DNA of 64,000 nucleotides from an uncultured Spirochaetota bacterium (GTDB lineage: Bacteria > Spirochaetota > Spirochaetia > SZUA-6 > Fen-1364), in assembly GCA_963781885.1 (NCBI GenBank), contig CAWAHW010000002.1, forward strand, positions 992,001-1,056,000. The letters run 5' to 3'. The translations under genes and the position numbers were made by a program. Shown here one piece after another: positions 57,125 to 64,000 of the stretch (positions within the stretch are counted from its first letter, which is position 1; each line of letters starts with the position of its first letter). Below the pieces are notes generated by a model that saw only the letters and a list, made by a program, of their open reading frames with translations, did no database searches and was not told the DNA's origin.

Positions 57125-59427
57125 TCAGCTTTCCGCGAACCAGGCCTGACCGACGGCGAGCCCGCCGTCTCCGGGCGGCGCCTGTTCGTTCAGGAAAACC
57201 CCAAAACCATCGTTGATCAAGAGGGGGACCAGCAGGTCGCGGAGGAGGAGATTCTGGAACACCCCGCCGCAAAGCGCAATGGCGGCAACGCCCGTTGCAT
57301 CGCGCATTCGTCGCGCCCCTTCGGCGGATGCCTGCGCGATGCACGCATGGAACAGAAGGGACAAGGCGTGCACGTCACTGGACGATCTCTTGCGCAGCAG
57401 GCGGCCGAGCAGGGGACGCGGGTCGATGAGAAAAAGACGATCGTCTCCCGGTCCGGCCTTGAACGGAAGCAGGGCAAGTGCCTCCTCCCGGGAGACCGCG
57501 CCTCCGTCCCCGCCCGCGGCGGCGCGAAGTCCCTTGCCCTCCAGGCGTATGGGGCCTTCCCCTTCGTAGCTTGAGCTTTCCACGAGACCCAGTATTGCCG
57601 CGGCGGCATCGAAGATGCGGCCAAGGGAGCTCGTGATCGGGCAGTGCAGGCCGGACCGCAGCATGGCGCGCAGCATCTCGGCGTCACCGGGGGGATCCCG
57701 GGTATGTCGGCTCCCTCCTGTCCGTCGAGCAGCGCAAAGGCGATCCGGGGAGGACGCAGCGTTGCCGCGTCCCCGCCGGGGAGCGGAAAGGGGGAAAAGC
57801 TCCCCAGCCGCCGGAAAGCTCCGCGTGTTGCGTGGAGGAACTCGCCACCCCAGATGGTGCCGTCCGTACCGTAGCCGGTGCCGTCGAACGAAAGGGCAAG
57901 CGTTTCTTCCAGGCCGTGTTCCGCCATGACCGAAAGCGCGTGCGCGTGATGGTGCTGAACGGAGACAACGGGCACGCCCGGGGGCGGCGCCCACCGGGAC
58001 GAGCGGTAGGCAGGGTGCATGTCGCGCATGACGACATCGGGTGACACCGCGTACAGCTCGAGAAGCTGCCGGACCTGCGCGTCGAACTGGCGCATTGTTT
58101 CCGCGTCGTCAAGGTCGCCATTGTAAGCGGCAAGGTGCAGGTCGCCTCCCTGCGCAAGGGCCGGTGCATTCTTGAGGTCGCCGCCAAGGGCCAGCACCGT
58201 GCCCTTCACCGGTCGCGCAAGGTTGATGAGCCGCGGCACCAATCCCCGGGACCTGCGCAGGAGGTACGGGGGCGAGCTTTGCGGCACGCGGACGATGGAG
58301 TCGTCGGCGCGGAAGACGATATTGCGATCGTGAATCAGGAAAAGCTCCGCCGCGCCGGCGAGCTTCGCGATGGCCTCGTCGGGCGTGGTGATGATCGGCT
58401 CGTTCGCCCGGTTGCCCGACGTCATCACGAGATGGCCGTAATCGATGCCCGCGCGCGGATGGCGAAAGAGAAGGACATGAAGGGGAGTGGAGGGAAGCAT
58501 GATGCCCAGGGTGTCGGTATCGGAGACCGCATCGAGCCAGCGCGGCGCCTCCGCGCGGCGCCGGGCGATCACGATCGGCGCATGCGGCGACACCAGGGCA
58601 TGCTCCTCGGCTTCGGAGAGAACACAGAGCGCCCGCGCCTCCGGGAGATCGCGCACCATGAGCGCGAATGGCTTTCTTTCCCTTGCTTTTTCCCGACGAA
58701 GACGCGCAACGCCCGCCCGGTGCCGCGGATCCACGGCGAGATGAAAGCCCCCCATTCCCTGCAAGGCCACCACCCTGCCGGCGCGCAGGCCTTCGATTGC
58801 CGCTTCGAGCGGGTCGCCGCGCACATCGCCGCCGATCGCCCGGCAGAGAAGACGCGGGCCGCAATCCGCACAGGAGTTCGTCTGTGAATGAAAGCGCCTG
58901 TCCCCGGGGTCCGCGTATTCGCGGCTGCAGGCCGCGCACTGCGTGAAGGGGCTCATGGAGGTGTTCTCCCGGTCGAATGGCGTGCTCTGGACGATGGAAT
59001 AGCGCGGCCCGCATTGCGTGCACGTGATGAAGGGGTAGAGGAAGCGCCTGTTTCCGGAGTCGAGAAGCTCCGCCGTGCAAGCGGCGCAGGGCGCGAGGTC
59101 GGGAGGAATGGGCGGGAAGGAAAAAGGGTCCGGCGCGCTGGCCGCGATCAGAAAGGCCTTTTCACGCGTCTGCTCCGCGATGATTTCCCTCCCGATATCG
59201 TCGATGCGTGCCGTGCCGGGAATGCTCGCCGCAAGCCTGGCTTCGAACAGAGCAACGGCGGCGCCATCCCCCTGCACCTCGGCAACGACGAAGGAGCGTC
59301 GATTCTGCACAAAGCCGGAAAGCCCCAGGGACACGGCCAGGCGGTAGAGGGCCGGGCGGAAGCCCACTCCCTGCACCGTGCCGCGAAAAATGAACCGCAT
59401 CCTCGCCACACCCCGACGGTACTTCAT
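57125..59427 (-). CDS. hypF: Carbamoyltransferase HypF, with an apparent 1-base deletion in a homopolymer at 57689-57694
   Basis: 'GTVQGVGFRP', zinc fingers 'CTQCGPRYSI' and 'RRFHSQ..C..CGP', 'QHHHAH', 'DGTGYG.DG..WGGE'; the tail 'TSSLGRIFDA...GGVFQN...PPGDGGL' is in an adjacent frame. Confidence 0.92.
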
Positions 59428-59474
59428 CGGAGCTTCGATTGACCACTGCCCGCGGCGTGATATAGTGTCGGGGC

Positions 59475-60554
59475 ATGGAACGGGTGATATTGAAAGCGCA
59501 GGATCTCGACGGGTACCTCCGGGCGGACGACAAAGCCACAATCGAGGTAATGGACAAGATGTTCCACAAGGCGATGGAGCGTTTTGCGTTGCTCGCCGAT
59601 CCCTCCCTGCCATCGCGTCACGCCAAGGCAACGGAGGACCTCGTCTCACTCTACAGCGAGATGGGCCACGCGATGCAGGAGATCGTTGCACGGGAGCCGC
59701 GCGTGCACGTGTATTCCTTTGAAACCCCGCGCGAAGTGCACGGCGAGGTTTCGCGCCTCATCGCGAAGCTGCGCGATTCGCGCACGGAGCTTCCCGAGTT
59801 CGTCTACTACACGCAGCGCGCCTACGAGCTGCTGTTCAATTTCGCCTTCGGGTCGACGTCGCGGGAGAAGAAGAATCACATCGTCGTCCGCACGCCCGTC
59901 ACGATCCCCGTGCAGAACTTCGCGGTGCACAAGATCCCGGACGTGGACGAGCTGATCGAAAACTCCGTGATGTGCGTGATGCTGCGCGGCTCGCTCCTCC
60001 CTTCCATGATCATGTCAAAGGAGATTCAGGAGTATTCCTCCCACGGCTACGTGACCCCGTTTGCGCTCTTCAAGATTTCACGCGACGACACGAAGGAAGA
60101 GGGCAACATGGAGTACGTGCTCCGTCTGGACAGATCCTACGTCGATCCCGCCAGTCTCGACGGCAAGGACCTCTTCTTCGCCGACCCGATGAATGCCACC
60201 GGCGGGAGCCTCGTCACAATCGTCAAGTATCTGTTGAGCAAGGGCGTGCGGCCGCGCTCCATCAAGTTCTTCAACGTGATTTCCGTGCTGAAAGGGGCGC
60301 TGCGCATCGCGCGCGCGCTGGAGAGCGCGGAGATCTATACGCTGTGGATGGACCCCGTGCTCAACGCAAAGGCGTACATCCTGCCCGGGCTCGGTGATGC
60401 GGGAGACCGGATCAACGGTCCGGACGACGGCGACAAGCCCCGCAACATCATCCAGCTTATCGCGGACTATGGCACGCACATCGTCTCCCTCTATCGCGAG
60501 CAGGTGCGCCGGATCGAGCAGACCGTGCTCGGGGGCGACACGGGCCGCACTTGA
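59475..60554 (+). CDS. upp: Uracil phosphoribosyltransferase-like protein with N- and C-terminal extensions
   Basis: 'LRDSRT', 'MLRGS', PRPP motif 'DPMNATGGS', 'YILPGLGDAGDR'. Confidence 0.8.
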   Translation: MERVILKAQDLDGYLRADDKATIEVMDKMFHKAMERFALLADPSLPSRHAKATEDLVSLYSEMGHAMQEIVAREPRVHVYSFETPREVHGEVSRLIAKLRDSRTELPEFVYYTQRAYELLFNFAFGSTSREKKNHIVVRTPVTIPVQNFAVHKIPDVDELIENSVMCVMLRGSLLPSMIMSKEIQEYSSHGYVTPFALFKISRDDTKEEGNMEYVLRLDRSYVDPASLDGKDLFFADPMNATGGSLVTIVKYLLSKGVRPRSIKFFNVISVLKGALRIARALESAEIYTLWMDPVLNAKAYILPGLGDAGDRINGPDDGDKPRNIIQLIADYGTHIVSLYREQVRRIEQTVLGGDTGRT

Positions 60555-60590
60555 ACCTCCGTCGCGGCCTCTGTTAGGATTGGCGCCACA

Positions 60591-61244
60591 ATGATCCTCT
60601 TCCTGATCGCGTCGCTGCCGTTGCTATTCAGCCTCGTCGTGCTGCTGCCCTGGGATCGGCGCCGCGGGCCGCACACCCTCACGACGGTATCGACGTATCT
60701 CAAGGGCCTTCTCATCTTCTTCCCCGGCTACATCGTCATCCTGATCTTCCGGAGAATCTTCGGTTTCTCGTATGACGGATTTCTTCTCTATTTCTCCTAT
60801 CTGCTCCGCGATCATTTCGTGCCCGCGCTCACGGCGGTTGCCGGATTTCTCCTTCTGCAGAAGACCCTCACCCTGTCGGGAAAGGAAGAGGATGTCTTTC
60901 TTGCGGTTTTTGCCTACATGGCGGGATTCATGACGGTGCTCAATATCGCCGATGCCCTGAGGACGTGGGCGAGCGCGGACACGTATACGCTCTTTCTTCT
61001 TCCCTTGCTGCGCGTCGCACTTGTTCTGGCCGTGGCGCTCGCGGCGGGCCGTTTTTATCGCTGGGAGGGAAGGGACGGGGCCTTCTTCTGCGTGGCTGTC
61101 GCGGCTTTCGCTTTGGTCCTGGACTGTGCGAGCTTCCTCTATGGCGCGAGCAGGGTGACGCTCGCCATCCTGCTGACGGTCGGCCTCTTTCTTGCTCCCT
61201 GCGTGGTTGTGGCTTTCCGATTCCCCAGGGTAATGCGCGGCTAG
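60591..61244 (+). CDS. Hypothetical integral membrane protein
   Basis: 217-aa ORF with about 7 hydrophobic segments. Confidence 0.75.
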   Translation: MILFLIASLPLLFSLVVLLPWDRRRGPHTLTTVSTYLKGLLIFFPGYIVILIFRRIFGFSYDGFLLYFSYLLRDHFVPALTAVAGFLLLQKTLTLSGKEEDVFLAVFAYMAGFMTVLNIADALRTWASADTYTLFLLPLLRVALVLAVALAAGRFYRWEGRDGAFFCVAVAAFALVLDCASFLYGASRVTLAILLTVGLFLAPCVVVAFRFPRVMRG

Positions 61245-61249
61245 ACCGA

Positions 61250-61350
61250 CCACGGTACGCCGTGGCCGCATGAATGCCACGGACTACCGTGGCCGCATGA
61301 ATGCCACGGACTACCGTGGCCGCATGAATGCCACGGACTACCGTGGCCGC
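61250..61350. repeat. 27-bp tandem palindromic repeat (3 exact copies plus a partial)
   Basis: GCATGAATGCCACGGACTACCGTGGCC at 61268, 61295 and 61322; internal hairpin GCCACGG-ACTA-CCGTGGC. Confidence 0.92.
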
Positions 61351-61351
61351 C

Positions 61352-61948
61352 CTATTCCAGATTCCTCGCCAGGATGCCCGCCCCGAGAACGCTCACCAGC
61401 GTCTTTGGGTCGATGCTCCTCATCTGCCGGCCTGCCTGCTGGAAGAGGCCGGGCTCGGTCGAAAGCGTCATCAGCACGATGTAGTAGACGTGGAATGCAA
61501 GCGACGCCGCATCGATCTCGCGCGCGAAGATGTCCTCCTCCACGCCCTGCTCGATGATCGAGCGGATGATCTCCACCCCTTCCTGGAAGAAGTCCTTTGC
61601 ATAGCGCGAGTCTGCCCACCGGCTGAGCAGGTCGCTCCCCGGGTGGAAAAGATCGCGAAAGAGCGGGTAGGAATCGAGGAACCAGCCGAACGTCGTGATG
61701 AAGCAGTCGAGCTTCTCCATCGCGTTTGTCGAGCCGCGCGAGCGCTGATTGTACTGGTAGTGGAACTCGTTGTACGCCTCGCGCATCACCGTGTGGAAGA
61801 GCTCTTCCTTGTTCTTGAAATAATTGTAGAAGGTGGGCTTGGAGATTCCGATGTCCGCGATCAGAGCGGAGAGCGACGACCCCCGGTATCCGTAGGTGTG
61901 GAAGTATTCGCGAGCTTTTTCGAGCGCCTTTTCCTTCTTTTCTTCCAT
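61352..61948 (-). CDS. TetR/AcrR-family transcriptional regulator
   Basis: 'AREYFHTYGY.GSSL..L...IGISKPTFYNYFKNKEELF'. Confidence 0.92.
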   Translation of the reverse strand: MEEKKEKALEKAREYFHTYGYRGSSLSALIADIGISKPTFYNYFKNKEELFHTVMREAYNEFHYQYNQRSRGSTNAMEKLDCFITTFGWFLDSYPLFRDLFHPGSDLLSRWADSRYAKDFFQEGVEIIRSIIEQGVEEDIFAREIDAASLAFHVYYIVLMTLSTEPGLFQQAGRQMRSIDPKTLVSVLGAGILARNLE

Positions 61949-61967
61949 CTTCCCTCGGTCTGCAGGC

Positions 61968-62005
61968 AAAAGACCATCCACGCCGCCCGCGGCGTGGATG
62001 GTCTT
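61968..62005 (-). terminator. Terminator-like hairpin after fba
   Basis: Perfect 17-bp inverted repeat AAGACCATCCACGCCGC / GCGGCGTGGATGGTCTT with a short T run on the minus strand. Confidence 0.7.
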
Positions 62006-62009
62006 CCCG

Positions 62010-62981
62010 CTACACCCGACCGGCGCTGCCCAGGACGTCCTTGTTTTTCCGCTCGATCAGCTTCATGAGCTCGTCGCGCGCGGCGCCCAGGTACCCGCGG
62101 GGATCGAAGCCTTTGGGATCCTCCGCCAGCGCTTTGCGGATCATTGCAGTGATGACCAGGCGGCCGTCGGAGTCGATATTGATCTTGCAGACGGCGGACC
62201 GCGCCGCCTTGCGCAGCTGCTCTTCCGGGATGCCCGAGGCGCCTTCCATCTTCCCGCCGTACTTGTTGATGATGTCCACGTACTCCTGCACCACCGAGGA
62301 GGCGCCATGCAGGACGATGGGGAACCCGGGAATGCGCCGCTCCACTTCTTCCAGGATGTCGAAGCGGAGGGTGGGCAGGGGATCGCCCGGCTTGATCTTG
62401 AACTTGTATGCCCCGTGCGAGGTCCCGATGGAAATGGCAAGGCTGTCGACACCGGTCTTCTTCACGAAGGATTCCACGTCGTCGGGGTTGGTGTAGTGCG
62501 ACGTCTCGGCGTGCACCTCGTCCTCGATGCCGGCGAGCACGCCCAGCTCGCCTTCCACCGTCACGTCGTGCGCGTGCGCGTACTCCACGACCTTCTTCGT
62601 GAGCTCGACGTTCTTGTCGAAGGGATGCGCCGAGCCGTCGATCATGACGGAGGAGAACCCGCTCTCGATGCAGGACACGCACAGCTCGAAGGAGTCGCCG
62701 TGGTCGAGGTGGAGCGCGACGGGCACCGGCACACCGGACGCCTTGATGATTTCCATTGCGCCCTGCGCCATGTACTGGAGCAGGATCTGGTTTGCATATT
62801 TGCGGGCACCCTTGGACACCTGGAGGATGACCGGCGAGCGGCTGTTGATGCAGCCCTGGATGATTGCCTGGAGCTGCTCCATGTTGTTGAAATTGTACGC
62901 GGGAATGGCGTATTTGCCCGCCATGGCCTTCTTGAACATTTCTCTGGTGTTTGAGAGACCCAGCGACTTGTAACTGACCAT
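62010..62981 (-). CDS. fba: Fructose-bisphosphate aldolase class II
   Basis: 'AYNFNNMEQ', 'LHLDHG', 'SSVMIDGS', 'VEGELG', 'GTSHGAYK', 'VLHGAS', 'KINIDSD'. Confidence 0.96.
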   Translation of the reverse strand: MVSYKSLGLSNTREMFKKAMAGKYAIPAYNFNNMEQLQAIIQGCINSRSPVILQVSKGARKYANQILLQYMAQGAMEIIKASGVPVPVALHLDHGDSFELCVSCIESGFSSVMIDGSAHPFDKNVELTKKVVEYAHAHDVTVEGELGVLAGIEDEVHAETSHYTNPDDVESFVKKTGVDSLAISIGTSHGAYKFKIKPGDPLPTLRFDILEEVERRIPGFPIVLHGASSVVQEYVDIINKYGGKMEGASGIPEEQLRKAARSAVCKINIDSDGRLVITAMIRKALAEDPKGFDPRGYLGAARDELMKLIERKNKDVLGSAGRV

Positions 62982-63008
62982 TGTTTCTCCTTCTGGAAGC
63001 TCTGGACT

Positions 63009-63037
63009 ACTATCATGCGATAGACGTACCCTGTCAA
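63009..63037 (-). promoter_or_regulatory. Sigma70 promoter of fba
   Basis: Minus strand TTGACA-17 nt-GATAGT. Confidence 0.6.
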
Positions 63038-63061
63038 GTGTACGAGGTCCGCTGCCGCCCC

Positions 63062-64000
63062 ATGAAGCGCATTTTGCTCATCCCGACGTGCATGCTCGGC
63101 GTTTTCCTGCTCTGCGGGTGCTGGAACGGGAGGGTTCTCTTTTCGTTCGAGCAGCCTTATTGGTCCACGGTCGGAAGCACGCGCATGCGCGCGACCCTGG
63201 AAGCGGCGGCACTGGTCCGGGGTTATGTGCCCCGGTTCGATCTTGCACCGTCGGACGTGGATCCTCACGAAAGGCTTTCGGCCATGCTTTCGCGTCACGC
63301 CTACGCGCTCGCCGTCGTCGGCCCCCTGCTGTCATTCGAGAGCGGCGCTTTTGCAGACCGATTCCCCGGCACGCGCTTCGTCCTCGTCGACGTGCAGGGG
63401 CAGGTGAAGGGCCTTCCGCCGAATGTCGTCACGCTGAGCTTCGACAGGACCCGCTCCTTCCGCGAGGCGGGCGCCGCATCGGCTGCGGCCTTGAAGGGCG
63501 AGACGCCGAAGGTGCGCGCGGACGGTACCATTCAGGCGCCGTTGGTCGGGACGATCTCAAGCGCCGATTCCGACCTCACGCCGGAAGAGATTGCCGCATT
63601 CGACGCGGGCGCCGTCGCTGCCGATCCGGAGATGACGCCCATCGACAAGGCGCTTGTCTCTCCCGTCGACAAGGCGGCGATCGCAGCCTCCGTGACGCAG
63701 ATGAGAACGCAGGGGGTCGAGGTCTTCCTGCTGGGCCTGGGCAGTCTCAACCCGTCTGCCCTGGACGCGCTGCGGACCCTTGGCGGCAGCGCCGTGATCG
63801 GCGACTGGCAAACCGGGGGCGCTTATGCCGCGCAGGTGCTCCTGTCCGTGGAGGATGACGTTGCCGCCGGTCTTGTCCGGGCCCTGGAGGCGCGGGGACC
63901 CGACGGGAAAGACGTCCGCGGACCGGTGCGGCTTGTCGCGGGCAAGGCGCATCAGCCGGTGCTGCCCGTCGGCGTCGCGCCGTCAGAAGGGCCGGTCGCC
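63062..64000 (+). CDS. Putative lipoprotein, BMP/PnrA-like binding fold (runs off the window)
   Basis: Frame open from ATG 63062 to the end: MKRILLIPTCMLGVFLLCGC lipobox, 'FPGTRFVLVD...PNVVTLSFD...F.EAG'; absent from the ORF track because there is no stop. Confidence 0.6.
   Translation, partial: MKRILLIPTCMLGVFLLCGCWNGRVLFSFEQPYWSTVGSTRMRATLEAAALVRGYVPRFDLAPSDVDPHERLSAMLSRHAYALAVVGPLLSFESGAFADRFPGTRFVLVDVQGQVKGLPPNVVTLSFDRTRSFREAGAASAAALKGETPKVRADGTIQAPLVGTISSADSDLTPEEIAAFDAGAVAADPEMTPIDKALVSPVDKAAIAASVTQMRTQGVEVFLLGLGSLNPSALDALRTLGGSAVIGDWQTGGAYAAQVLLSVEDDVAAGLVRALEARGPDGKDVRGPVRLVAGKAHQPVLPVGVAPSEGPVA

Noticed and set aside
61268-61350. CRISPR array or MNATDYRGR repeat protein
   Set aside because: Units abut with no spacers; the ORF is antisense to TetR and has no RBS

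Overview
GC-rich bacterial chromosome segment, most likely from a free-living spirochaete (inferred from FlgI/FlgA without FlgH, a Borrelia-like flgF-flgG-flgA-flgI-flgJ-rpoS-deacetylase-tsaD order, and spirochaete-style binding-protein leaders). The left half (about 370-34.7 kb) is a carbohydrate-utilisation block: four sugar ABC transporters, three two-component systems, a FadR/GntR regulator, GH95, GH39, GH31, an unassigned glycosidase-like protein, a split transketolase and a cupin. It is bounded by an intact tRNA-Leu(UAA) and a decayed copy of that tRNA's 3' half at 370-407, so it looks like an old integrated island that has lost its integrase. The right half is core genome: LysM/M23 protein, two RpoS-like sigma factors (one with a -24/-12 sigma54 promoter), an amidohydrolase plus two cNMP-binding regulators, the liv operon, tRNA-Thr, flagellar rod/P-ring genes, tsaD, apt, hypFCDE, a upp-like gene, TetR and fba. 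Several intergenic hairpin repeats are present, one rich in GGA loops. Four genes carry single-base frameshifts that may be assembly errors. All calls come from reading the sequence and recalled family motifs; no searches were run.
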